This document shows positions 45,585-55,762 of a DNA stretch of 64,000 bases, one piece after another. The DNA lies in the IMG/VR virus record IMGVR_UViG_3300031992_000044; one strand, 5' to 3'. Both the position numbers and the translations under genes were made by a program. How positions within the stretch are numbered: position 1 is the first letter of the stretch; each line of letters opens with the position of its first letter. The notes under the pieces were generated by a model that saw only the letters and a list, made by a program, of their open reading frames with translations, was not told the DNA's origin and made no database searches. The DNA is from a virus.

Positions 45585-46253
45585 TTACTCAGCGCCGCTA
45601 GTAGCCGATACTTCAACCATAGCACTCACGTCACCCTTCAGGATGTCACGGAAGTCTACGGTCTCTATCTTGGTCTCCTGGAGCTCCTTGGCGAACTTCT
45701 GAGCCTTCTTGGTGTTGTCATTGATGGCACCAATCAGATTCTGCTTAATACTATTCAAAGCCTTAATAAGGGCCTCAACAGCGTTGAGCTCTGACTTGTT
45801 GGCATCGTTGATAACAGTAGCTACTGCTACGGGGTTGAGGAAGAAATTCTCGCCTTCACCCTTGAGGGCGTCAGCTATTGCCTCGGGAGTACCCTTCACC
45901 AGGTTGAATATGTCCTTGTTGAGGGGGAAGAACTGATCGAATGTTCCGTCCTGACGGAGGTTGATTGCGATACCCATCTCACCAGTGACAGGACGCTGAT
46001 AATACTGAGCGCCGAAGATATCGACGTCCTTCAGCATATACTTGTTAATCTTGCGGTTGGGGATCAACATGGTGGAGAGACCGTTACGAACTTTCTCGTT
46101 GTCGGCATCCCAGCCCTGATCGCCACCCTGCCAGGTGTTACGAGATTCTACCTTGTGGTAAGCCTGGCCTACCAACGAACCAACCATAGATCCGATGCCG
46201 CGACTTGTAGGAATTGCAGCCTGGATATTAATGTCAATGTTTTTTGTTTCCAT
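45585..46253 (-). CDS. hypothetical protein (GC3-rich)
   Basis: 222-aa ORF with visibly G/C-ending codons, unlike its neighbours. Confidence 0.6.
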   Translation of the reverse strand: METKNIDINIQAAIPTSRGIGSMVGSLVGQAYHKVESRNTWQGGDQGWDADNEKVRNGLSTMLIPNRKINKYMLKDVDIFGAQYYQRPVTGEMGIAINLRQDGTFDQFFPLNKDIFNLVKGTPEAIADALKGEGENFFLNPVAVATVINDANKSELNAVEALIKALNSIKQNLIGAINDNTKKAQKFAKELQETKIETVDFRDILKGDVSAMVEVSATSGAE

Positions 46254-46362
46254 TTTTTTTCTTATCCTTTTTGATATCGTTATTGATTAACTAACGATAA
46301 GAATTAATATTTCCTCCACTTATGGCGGGAGGGTAACCTTTGAGTTTGAAAATGTGGCGTTC

Positions 46363-46376
46363 TGGCTCAAAGGCTC
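46363..46376. repeat. TGGCTCAAAGGCTC motif copy (family shared with 56.3-56.6 kb)
   Basis: Exact 14-mer, enclosed by the 5-bp stem CGTTC/GAACG, about 100 nt upstream (minus sense) of the ATG at 46253. Confidence 0.7.
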
Positions 46377-47022
46377 TACGAACGTTTATCTTTAGATCTT
46401 TTAATGTTAATATCTTTATGCGTGCTCACGAGAGCAATCTTTTTTCATCCAATAGGATCTTCCAGCTAGATAAATTACGTAGCACGAACACTATTTCATT
46501 TATCGGGGACTCAGCGATAGAGTCAGCCATGCCCATCATTAGAAGATTGTTGTATTTTCTGTAAAAGTACAAAAAGTGATATATTGTAACCAAACATAAG
46601 ATCCATTGAGATTATGTTAATAAATAATTTACATGCACTGAATGTTTTCAACACTATTCGTTGGCAGCATTTCACAAGGACTACTGTTCGTAGAATATGC
46701 TTACTAAACCCAGCGGCATTTAACCAACAAAAATTGTGTAATTCTTCCTAGCGTATTTTCCCGTTTTGCTTGGAATCCTTACCATGTTTCTGAATATTTA
46801 ACGAGACTAACAGCAACATTAACGTTCTCGTCCACGCTCAGCATAAGGCATCTCATGCGTAGACATGTTTTATTATCGGAATGGTCTAGAGCTCCAGAAC
46901 TCATTATGGACCTACGGTTTTTTGTTGTACATTCAGCTTTACTGCTGTCTTCTGTTTATAGTGCGCGAATACTGGAGGAATTCCACCTCATACGCTATAA
47001 GATTTATCACCCACCTAAAGAT

Positions 47023-47307
47023 TCACTTTGTCGAACTCTCCTTCAATTTCCTCAAAAGGTATGGATCTCCGGTTTGCTTTACCCCTCCGAGACAGGGAGG
47101 TGATTTCATTTCACGATAGGCTGCCTTACATCGTTTACGTATATTGACTTTATACTTTCTACCCACATAGATTTGCTGTCTATGCTTCGCTTCGTTGCGT
47201 ATTCTGTCTACTTGCTTCTCAGGAACGGTTGGCACTCGATTTCTTGGCGTGAAAGCACCCACAAGCGTTACAAACGGGGTCTTTATCTTCTCCCAGCCAA
47301 GGGACAT
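47023..47307 (-). CDS. small highly basic protein inside the large non-coding region, uncertain
   Basis: 94-aa ORF (RKYKVNIRKRCKAAYREMK). It is the only sizeable ORF in about 2.1 kb. Confidence 0.35.
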   Translation of the reverse strand: MSLGWEKIKTPFVTLVGAFTPRNRVPTVPEKQVDRIRNEAKHRQQIYVGRKYKVNIRKRCKAAYREMKSPPCLGGVKQTGDPYLLRKLKESSTK

Positions 47308-48369
47308 CTATTAGATTTAACAATATATTTAATGTAACGATATTTTCATAAGCCTTATCTTAGAATCAAGTTATGCCGCACATAAGTTTACTACTCTCAC
47401 TGATATAGTATAACAGGTTCAGGTCTTATTATCTTTTGCATTACACGAGCGATCTCCTTCTGTACTGGATGTACAGTTCTCGAATCGACCCTATCTCACT
47501 ATAAAATAACTTGGGTTTGACTGTCAGGTTGTCATCCTTCGACTCCAGCATTTCCTCTGGTACATCTCCAATCTATATTACTTAACTATCGCTTATCATA
47601 GTCTTTCATACCTTTTGAATAGTCTTTCACCCCGGACTTCACTCGGGTAGCATTCAGTCCTCTAGGACTATACTCCGCATTATGTGGCGCATCCACATGT
47701 GGTCATTTACTTTTAGCACGAATCAATTCCACGTGTCTTATACCGCTTGAACGACCAAAGCCTGGCGGTCACCTTCATCATATTTTTCTCAGTACCCCAT
47801 CCCCGGCACCCCTTCAACGGAGTCGTGCTGAATCGAACAGCAAGGACTTCTCCAAGGAACGTAGTTACGGTACGTCGCAGACAGTTAAACCTTCTGCTAG
47901 GCTCATATACTCCAGTAGTTTTCATCCCTTCATACACGCTGTGGAGGCGTGGAACACTAGACTACAGCTTAATTTGTGATACATCCGTATACTCTTTGGA
48001 TTAGTATACGCTGCAACTCGTGTAACGTGATTCTAGGTCTATGTAATCTCTCGAAACCTAGATCTATCGATACGGTTCGTTTTGCGCTTCTTGCGACTTA
48101 TGTGTCTTCTCTTGACTACCCTCACCAGACGGTTCTCAGGGACCAGAATAGGGTTGATACAACGCTCTCCCTAATATCCACAAGCTTTTCACACTTGCGA
48201 TCTTCCATCCTACCTTTTGAGTTTCTCACCCGTTGAGCGGGCTAACATATTCTCGGATCAAGTAAATTTGCGTACACGGCTAATGAGACCGTTGCCTTAG
48301 CTGTACTGACGTGCTGCCAAACTGGCTGGGGGATACAGGCAGTGTCCCATATCCCCCGCACCGGAGTGA

Positions 48370-48828
48370 TTATCGCTTATAGACTTCCTCACCGTCGACA
48401 ATGAGGATAATGGACTCTTTAGGAGATCCAATAGTGTCTGCGGGATTCTCCTCTCGACCCGCACCGAAGTTGTTTACAACAGGTGGATCAGGTAAGATAG
48501 CTGGAATGCTATCGCCTAAACGTTTCTCTGTTGCACGTGCAGGCTTCGGCGCCCGTACGTATTTTATTTTATACACAATACTGTCTCTATAAACAGTATC
48601 GGGTACTGTAGTATTGCCAAGACATTCTTGACAAGTAGTATCTTTCTCCAAATTCAATTGGAGATCAAGAGGCAGCTTTCCGTACTTATTTGGAGCCCAA
48701 TTAAGTACAGGTGCTGCGCTCGCAGACTTATAGTCTGTGCTATCGTCATGCGAGGGCGCGTATATGGCCAATCCAGTTCCGCCAATGGCAAATAGGATGG
48801 CGCATATAATGGTTGTTATATGTCTCAT
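48370..48828 (-). CDS. membrane-anchored or secreted protein
   Basis: N-terminal hydrophobic helix ITTIICAILFAIGGTGLAIYA. Confidence 0.6.
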   Translation of the reverse strand: MRHITTIICAILFAIGGTGLAIYAPSHDDSTDYKSASAAPVLNWAPNKYGKLPLDLQLNLEKDTTCQECLGNTTVPDTVYRDSIVYKIKYVRAPKPARATEKRLGDSIPAILPDPPVVNNFGAGREENPADTIGSPKESIILIVDGEEVYKR

Positions 48829-48925
48829 CTTTGATAGAATTAACTTTACAACTCTGTTTGCAGGAGTTTGTCCAGCAATGACCTTGTTTTACTTCCGAAG
48901 CGCACTAAGTACCCATTGCTGGACT

Positions 48926-50335
48926 TTAGGCGTTTTTTTCTTCTTCAGCTTTCTCCTCAGGCTTTGCAACAATCTTTAGCTCACCGATGTTTGCCTCAGA
49001 ATAGTTGTTGTTCTTAGCAAGAGGACCACGGAACAAGTTCAGGATCACACCACCACGCTGTGCACAATTGTGAAGAAGAGAATCTTCGTCTACAGTTGCT
49101 ACATCAACACCTTTGTGGTATGTGTCCATAATGTTGCGCACAAGGCGACGTGCTGACTTATAACTCTCGCTGTTCTCGTCTTCAGACTTGTAGCCGTCCT
49201 TTAGACTGTCAACAATGTCAAACGACGGATTGTTAACAATGTCGAGAATCTGTTGCTGTTTCACGATCTTGTCTTCACAAGCCTTGATGACAGTTTCAGC
49301 AGCCTTCTTGTGACTTACATCACCTTTACGCTTCTCAATAGCGCGCTTCTGTTCTGCGATTGTCTGGTTTGCACCATTGATCACAGAGTTGCAGGTCCAG
49401 GTAATGATAGTCTTGACGATATCAGCGATAAACTGGTCGTCATGATCCACGACGCCGGTCTTATTGTTGGTAGCGGCTCGGCGATGAAGGCAAAAGGCAG
49501 AGATTGGACTCCCTGTCTGAGCAGTCTGACCACAATAGATCTTACCTATGCCGCTGAAGATAAACGGGGAATCTCCTACAACTTCGGTAATGCTCTTCAG
49601 GATGTCTATCCTTGAAGTATTGTTGATCTTCTCGAGTTCTGCGTTCTTCTCTTCTTCTTTCTCAATCTTGTTAGCCTGAATCTTCAGGTAAGACTGATAG
49701 AAGTTGATTGCACGCTGAATACGCTTGTCTGGAGTATCCAGAACACTCGTCAGAAGAGCAACGAGAGCATCATGAAGCTGCTTCTCATTCTCGATCTTCG
49801 TTGGATCGGTAATGGCTTTCTCCGCGGATTTCAGTTCCTTCTTCTTCTGCTCAACGACCTTTTCGTCGACGTCTTTGGCGTCTACGTTAATCACACGTGT
49901 CTGTGCAGGGAGAAGCTTGATGCCCTGAGCCTCAAGTTCTTCTTCTGACGGCTGTGGCAGAGCATTAAAGTCGGGCAGTGCGATTCCCATATTGGCCAAC
50001 AGGAGACGAGTCTGTGCATACTTCTCCTCATCGGTACCGATGATGCGCGACACAAGACTGTGACCCTGTGCGATGTCAGTGACAATGGCGTCAGCCATAT
50101 ATGCATCACGGAGAGCCATACTGTTCTCCTTGATGTCACCGTTAACATTGTTACCGTGCAGCCATTCGTCGTTAATAAGACGTGCCATGGTAACTTTGCT
50201 ATCAAGAGACATGCGATCTACCTTCTTGTTGGGATCTGCTGTTACTTTTGTCTCTTGAGCGCTGCTGCTGGGAGCAGCATTTTCATTCTTCTTTTCAGCA
50301 GCAATCTCGGCTGCTGTCTTTTGTTTCTTTGACAT
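48926..50335 (-). CDS. hypothetical protein (GC3-rich)
   Basis: Long ORF. The start was moved from 50374 to the ATG at 50335, which sits in the conserved TTATCAAAATG context. Confidence 0.6.
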   Translation of the reverse strand: MSKKQKTAAEIAAEKKNENAAPSSSAQETKVTADPNKKVDRMSLDSKVTMARLINDEWLHGNNVNGDIKENSMALRDAYMADAIVTDIAQGHSLVSRIIGTDEEKYAQTRLLLANMGIALPDFNALPQPSEEELEAQGIKLLPAQTRVINVDAKDVDEKVVEQKKKELKSAEKAITDPTKIENEKQLHDALVALLTSVLDTPDKRIQRAINFYQSYLKIQANKIEKEEEKNAELEKINNTSRIDILKSITEVVGDSPFIFSGIGKIYCGQTAQTGSPISAFCLHRRAATNNKTGVVDHDDQFIADIVKTIITWTCNSVINGANQTIAEQKRAIEKRKGDVSHKKAAETVIKACEDKIVKQQQILDIVNNPSFDIVDSLKDGYKSEDENSESYKSARRLVRNIMDTYHKGVDVATVDEDSLLHNCAQRGGVILNLFRGPLAKNNNYSEANIGELKIVAKPEEKAEEEKNA

Positions 50336-50394
50336 TTTGATAATGTTATTTAAATTAATACTTGTTTTACTCACTCACCAATTCATATATACCT

Positions 50395-50790
50395 TCATGA
50401 TGTATTGAAGGGTGTAGGTGGATTAGCTAAAACGTGAATTGTTGGTTGGTCACGACTTCCGTTCGTGACATTAACAGTAGTGAATCCTTTTGCAATTAGA
50501 GGCATTTGTGCCTGACTCACAGGTTCTGAAGTTGCCTTCTTGGGTGCTTTAGCTGTGTCACCAGGAAGCATATAAAATGTCCCTGGATAACTCGGCAAAG
50601 CCTCCTGTGTGGGCGATACCTGAATGCATTTAGACTCACTCTGCTCGGTAGAACGCACTACCATTGTCGTCACTGCATAACCTAAGGTCCATGCGGTGAA
50701 GAATATCCAGAAGAGTTTGTTACTCTCATTGTACTTAGCTAAACCAAGTATAATGAGAACTCCGAGGATATACAGAGCTAATGTCATCAT
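50395..50790 (-). CDS. two-TM membrane protein translationally coupled to the sigma factor
   Basis: ATGA overlap with the sigma gene stop. LALYILGVLIILGLA and LFWIFFTAWTLGYAVTTMVV helices. Confidence 0.6.
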   Translation of the reverse strand: MMTLALYILGVLIILGLAKYNESNKLFWIFFTAWTLGYAVTTMVVRSTEQSESKCIQVSPTQEALPSYPGTFYMLPGDTAKAPKKATSEPVSQAQMPLIAKGFTTVNVTNGSRDQPTIHVLANPPTPFNTS

Positions 50791-51362
50791 GTTGTTTTAA
50801 TTTTTAAATGTTTTTGAATTCGCTTTCGAGTCCTTGATAACGTCGACTTTATAGTTCCTGTTGGGATATTCAAGGCCTCACTAATCTGTTCTACTGTCAT
50901 ATTATCTTCGTAGAATAACCTAAGAACCTTACGATTGGTCTCAGATAATTTGTCGAATTCCGTCAGTAAAGATTCATAAGTCATACGATTGATTATTTCC
51001 TCTTCAGCTGAAACATTAGTATCATCTGATGGTATTTTACCATCCGACTGCCCTAGTGCTACTTTACGGTTTTCCATTCTACGTAGATAATCGATAGCAG
51101 TTCGATTAGCTATAATTCGCAGCCAACCCCCGAAGGAGTCGTATTCTGTGAATGTCGAGAGTTTATCATACACTTTAAGAAATACTATGTTGGTGAGGTC
51201 TTTAGCCTCGTCCATGTCTTTAATATACTGAAATAGTATATTATCTACAAAGCTTTTATACTTGTAGAAAAGTGTATTAAAAGCAGATTCATCACCTGCT
51301 TGCGCCTTTTTGATTATCCCAACCTCTTCTGAGGTGATTCTAGGATTCTGTGGCATAATCAA
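50787..51362 (-). CDS. ECF-type (sigma-70 family group 4) RNA polymerase sigma factor
   Basis: Region 2: FNTLFYKYKSFVDNILFQYIKDMDEAKDLTNIVFLKVYD ... GWLRIIANRTAIDYLRR. Region 4 HTH: RKVLRLFYEDNMTVEQISEALNIPTGTIKSTLSRTRKRI. Confidence 0.8.
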   Translation of the reverse strand: MIMPQNPRITSEEVGIIKKAQAGDESAFNTLFYKYKSFVDNILFQYIKDMDEAKDLTNIVFLKVYDKLSTFTEYDSFGGWLRIIANRTAIDYLRRMENRKVALGQSDGKIPSDDTNVSAEEEIINRMTYESLLTEFDKLSETNRKVLRLFYEDNMTVEQISEALNIPTGTIKSTLSRTRKRIQKHLKIKTT

Positions 51363-51458
51363 AACAAATTAATCGGTTTATTAAGGTGTCACTCCTGTAT
51401 GCGTAACCGAAACGCTTAGTGGGCTGTTGTCATCGAAGACTACCTCTAAGGGACAGCC

Positions 51459-51887
51459 CTAGAACGGCAAATCCTCGTTTATTACGAGACGATGCTCATT
51501 CCATGTGTTGTTACAAAGATAATAATGAATTTTTGCACCGATTCTGAATGGCAAGTCCATTTTGTCTAGCTTAGTAGTAGCAATTCGTAGCCTAACACCT
51601 AATGTTTGATACGATTCTACTCCTATACACAGAGTTATCTTTCGATTAACCCATTCTAACCATTCTTGGAGTTCTTTATTTCTCCATACTTCTTCGATTA
51701 TATCATAATTATCTTCGTCATCAGAGATTGGGGCGATCATACGCGTAGTGTACATTACACCCACTGAGCCTTGATTGTATGCGATACGCAGCGCTGCGTA
51801 AATCTCACTAGGCTTCGGATCGTCCGGCAAACAGATCAAGCAAGCCTCACGCAGAGGCTCTAAATAATTGGAAAATACACTAATCAT
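51459..51887 (-). CDS. hypothetical protein
   Basis: The start is set at the ATG that forms an ATGA overlap with the upstream stop. It ends in TAG. Confidence 0.55.
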   Translation of the reverse strand: MISVFSNYLEPLREACLICLPDDPKPSEIYAALRIAYNQGSVGVMYTTRMIAPISDDEDNYDIIEEVWRNKELQEWLEWVNRKITLCIGVESYQTLGVRLRIATTKLDKMDLPFRIGAKIHYYLCNNTWNEHRLVINEDLPF

Positions 51888-52393
51888 AGTCTTCCTAAAG
51901 ATTGCTTGACACATTTAAGCAAATAATCGGCAAATTTGTCTACTTCTAACATTTGTTTATCATAGGCATTTCTGTCTTCCATTAAGAGCTTTGCATCAGG
52001 CAAACGCTCACTTAAATGATGTGTTATGATGTCTACTTTACATTCGATATCTTCACATCCTTTTGAGAGTGAAATTTCGCATGTGTTTTTGACATATGCA
52101 AAATTAGTTGTGAACCACTTAACTGTTTTTGAGATTTCATACCAATAATTGGCTTCATCATCAGTTAAATCATCCCAGTTGATACTCTTATCAAAAACAA
52201 AATTTCGATAATATTTCGCAATACCGAGAGTTATACGTGTTGCACGTTTTCTCTCATCTTTTGCTACATATATCTTAATAAAGTTCTTATAAGCATGTTC
52301 AACCCAACGCGTCTTGGCATTACACCATTTCAGCGCAAAATCTACTGTTTCAGGACATCTATCCCTTAACATTTCTTTGTAGCCTGTCTTCAT
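51884..52393 (-). CDS. hypothetical protein
   Basis: The start is set at ATG 52393 (MKTGYKEML). The track's upstream extension overlaps the tRNA. Confidence 0.55.
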   Translation of the reverse strand: MKTGYKEMLRDRCPETVDFALKWCNAKTRWVEHAYKNFIKIYVAKDERKRATRITLGIAKYYRNFVFDKSINWDDLTDDEANYWYEISKTVKWFTTNFAYVKNTCEISLSKGCEDIECKVDIITHHLSERLPDAKLLMEDRNAYDKQMLEVDKFADYLLKCVKQSLGRL

Positions 52394-52407
52394 TTGATAT
52401 GTTTTTG

Positions 52408-52481
52408 TGGTCCTTGTTGGGCTTGAACCAACGACCCCCACCTTATAAGGGTGGTGCTCTAACCAACTGAGCTAAAGGACT
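52408..52481 (-). tRNA. tRNA-Ile (anticodon UAU)
   Basis: Minus strand: AGTCCTT TA GCTC AGTTGGTTA GAGC A CCACC CTTATAA GGTGG GGGTC GTTGG TTCAAGC CCAAC AAGGACC A. The only irregularity is an A1:C72 mismatch. Confidence 0.75.
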
Positions 52482-52542
52482 GTGTGGGGCGTTTGTTTTT
52501 AGAGTGCGGTCAGGCAAGCCCCTGTAAGCCATAGCACTATTG

Positions 52543-52585
52543 TTGCGCAGTGAAGAATCGAACTTCACAAAATACCATATACGCA
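52543..52585 (-). ncRNA. tRNA-like minihelix (T arm plus partial acceptor stem only)
   Basis: Minus strand: TGCGTAT ... TGAAG TTCGATT CTTCA CTGCGCA. No D or anticodon arm. Confidence 0.3.
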
Positions 52586-52608
52586 AAAAGCTCCCTTGTG
52601 AGGAGCTT
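52584..52608 (-). terminator. intrinsic terminator after the phosphoesterase gene
   Basis: Minus strand AAGCTCC TCACAAG GGAGCTT followed by TTTTT. Confidence 0.65.
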
Positions 52609-52619
52609 CTTGTAGAAGG

Positions 52620-54485
52620 TTATTGTATAAGTTTTATGGATTTTTCTTTAAGTAGTGTATTGACATCTTTGTTATCTTTCTTTATCTTATAACCTTTTAT
52701 CTTTACACCTTTTTCATAAATTTCCATAATACTATACTCAGCATCGGCATACCTTCGTTCTGACTGACCGTTGCTATTTATATATCGTGGCTTAGACAAT
52801 GATGGAAGTGCTACTGTATATCCGGATGTAGACTTCTCATTATTATCTGCTCTTGTGTATACATATGCGTTTTGTGCATATGGACTGACTATATTATAGT
52901 CATGATTGACAAAATGTCCATCGTTTTCCCAACTTATATGAGAATGTCCACTGAAGAATATAACATTCTTATATTTGTTGTTGAGTTTATTTAAGAACCA
53001 GAATTCAATACCAGTTAAGGCGTTTGAACCTATACTATAAAGTTTTGATTCTTTTATATCTTTTTCTCCAGCTTTATGTATATCTGCATATTGCCATGCT
53101 CCTTGTTGAGGTATTCCTAAACTATTACCTGCTTTATTCGGCAAGAAATGATGAGTAAATACATAGATCTTCTTATCTGGATTATTTTCAATTATTTCTT
53201 TTAACCAAATAAGACTGTTTGGACTATAATACTGGTAATTATACTACATATCACCGTTACCATAATCGGTATCTTGTACGTATTCAACCATTCTCTTGAT
53301 ATATGGATCGTTTGATTTGGTATCGATAATTGTTCTTGCATGAATCATACGATCATGCCACTTATCATTGATAGGCCAAATATCATTACCATAATCTACA
53401 GAAAGGAATACAAAGATATCATCATCTTTCTTAAGCCAATAGTTAAGTTTAGAATAACCATTTCTTCCGTGACTACCACCGTCATTCCACATAATGAGAT
53501 TATCTTTTACCTCATTCCAGTGGCTATTTACGTAGTTGTTTGCACAACGGATAGCTTCATCTGATATACCTCCTTTATTTGCATCCCATATCGAACTTCC
53601 TGTATATCCTCCTTTTCTTGCATATAAATCAACATGGTCGTTATATGAGAAGAAGTTCATGTCAGCTTGACCAACAGGAGTAGATTTGCCTTTTTCTAAA
53701 TCAAATACTATGCGTCCTCTACCAGGTACAATACCATTGATACCTTGACCAGTAGGCCATAAATTTGCAATTCTCTGGTTTACATTGGCATTATATCCTG
53801 AAATACATTCGGAATTCTTTTTACCAGTTCTTACATCACCTTGTCTAGATTCAAATAGTCCATAGAAATCATGATTACCAAGTGGTGAGAACAACCTAAG
53901 ACCTGCTACTTGCCAATAAGGAACATCATACATTTCTTTTAATTCCTTATAATCAATATCACATACTGCTTCTGGATGTCTTTGATAAGCATTTGTAGCC
54001 GATTCTGAAATATCTCCACAACTCATTACACATTTTATGTTCTGATCTTTAACAAACAGATCCATACAACGTTTGAAGTCTGCTTCATCCCACCAATCAT
54101 CATTGTCTTTTGAGATATGAAGATCTGATATCAGACCTACAGAATATTTATAATTTCCAAGGTCTACATCTTCATCTCCTTTCTCATCATCTTTTATGAT
54201 TGTAACAGGACACCACAATTGAGCAATGTCGTTTGTCATTCCTAAATCAGGTCTTCCATTATCTCCTATGGAGAATATGAAATGTGTAGTATCGTCGTGA
54301 ATAATTGCATTATATGTATATTCTTTACTATTTTGCTAATCGTGTATCCTTGTATATCCGATTTTCTCTCGTCTTTCATGAATACATGAATAACATTCAG
54401 TAGCAAACTAGGCATGCAATGCAACTGTTTCTCCAACTCGACCTTTTATTTCTGGTCCAATTAATTTTATTTCTTCTTTGTTCAT
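52620..54485 (-). CDS. calcineurin-like metallophosphoesterase, TAG-recoded (3 in-frame TAG)
   Basis: Motifs ISDLHIS, SCGDIS and LGNHDF lie upstream of TAG 53244-53246. YVFTHHF and FFSGHSHI lie downstream in the same frame. An N-terminal extension to ATG 54485 passes TAGs at 54408-54410 and 54336-54338. Confidence 0.7.
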
Positions 54486-54486
54486 A

Positions 54487-55737
54487 TCAATTCGATAATA
54501 AATCTGTTTGATTCTCTGCTAATATAATATACCTTGCACCACTCTTATCTGGATCAAGACTTGCATATGGATTTTTCCAATATAGATTCAGATGATATGT
54601 ATAACCTCTCTAAAGTTTTACGTTTTGTGTAGGAGCAGCTGCATACATATTCTGAGACCCACTGATTGCAGTTTTTGATCTTGAATATTCCCTTGTATAA
54701 AGAAATATTGGATAACCATATGCATTATTGATAGAATTCATTAAATACCAAGTGCCATCAGTAAAATCAGTAGTAGGCATATATATACCAGTAATCGTTG
54801 TTATTTCTGGTGAGGTATAAGATCCGCCAACTGGTATAATTATATTATTTTTGTGATAATCCCCATTTTGATCAGGTATACCTATATTGGCATCAACTAT
54901 ATTAGCGTACGCTTGTGTTGAATTTGTCCAATCGTTTTGATTTCTTGATAAATTTAAAGTTACTCTTCCTGAAAGTCTTGCTTCAGAACCAGTATTATTT
55001 GTTATGACAAATTTAATTCCATTGCCTCCTGTATATTCAGCTGTACTGTATACTGTAGTTTCAGGTGCATGATCATCTCCAGATGGTGTAGGAGTTGGAT
55101 CAGGATCTGTGTCATATGTAGGTGTTTGTCCTCCACCCATCCACTCTGTAGTATTATTTGGTATTGTTACAGTAAATGATCCTCCATCTTGAAATATATA
55201 ACTTTCACTTACTCCAGATGTTGTGAAAGTATAATTGCTTCCATTTATTTTATATCCACAATTACATAAATAAGATGTTTCAGAATACTGTTCTCCTGAT
55301 GCAAAATGTAATCCTTCGTATTCTCTTTCAAATATTACAGTACATTGTGCAGATAAACCTTGTTCTATTCTATTATTTGTTGTTACTGTTCCTGTCACAG
55401 ATTGTATTTGCTGATTATCCTCATCCCACAATAATAACTGCAATTGGCGGATGTTTAATCTACCACCAGCATTATTCACAATCATTGCTGTCATAGTTAT
55501 ACCGTCTTCTGGTGTAGGAGTTGGTGTTGGTTCTGGATCGTCAGGAATAATAGGATCTGGTGTAGGTGGTATAAATGAATCTATATTACCTATCTGTATT
55601 ACAAGCCCTTCTTCTGGAATTTCCTCAGTATCAGTACCGCTAGCGTGTATTATCTACACCTAATCGCTGGTTATCTTCAGAATACTTGGCTGATCGATAA
55701 CGTCATCTTTATTTGTAAAATCGTATTTGTTTAACAT
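54487..55737 (-). CDS. fibre/adhesin-like protein with Pro/Thr-rich linkers, TAG-recoded (alternative core 54610-55494)
   Basis: ATG 55737 is in frame with track ORF 54610-55494 through TAGs at 55660-55662 and 55654-55656. It continues through TAG 54610-54612 to TGA 54487-54489. Linkers PPTPDPIIPDDPEPTPTPTPEDG and DTDPDPTPTPSGDD. Confidence 0.5.
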
Positions 55738-55762
55738 GTTAATTTAGATTTGATTGTATTTG

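Noticed and set aside
47628-47650. An RNase P RNA CR-I-like string GAAGUCCGGGG
   Set aside because: No complementary P4 partner (CCGGACUU-like) or other conserved RNase P blocks were found nearby. The string folds into a local hairpin instead.
47713-48236. Overlapping ORFs 47713-47937 (-), 47747-48004 (+) and 47976-48236 (+)
   Set aside because: They overlap each other in different frames and strands. The minus ORF ends in TAA, so recoding cannot join it to 47023-47307.
48355-48369. A group II intron 5' end (GUGCG immediately after the stop of 48370-48828)
   Set aside because: I found no domain V-like hairpin and no reverse transcriptase or maturase ORF. The upstream gene ends at a genuine TAA rather than reading into the element. 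This remains open only as part of the generic large-ncRNA finding.
52394-52441. The upstream extension of ORF 51884-52441, and similarly 58298-58471 of the lipoprotein ORF
   Set aside because: The extensions overlap the tRNA-Ile gene or precede a clear signal peptide. Internal ATGs with better context were chosen.
52482-52542. CUCUAAA string (minus strand, about 52510-52520) as the anticodon loop of a suppressor tRNA
   Set aside because: The flanks cannot form an anticodon stem or the other tRNA arms. It lies in the loop of a GGGGC/GCCCC hairpin.
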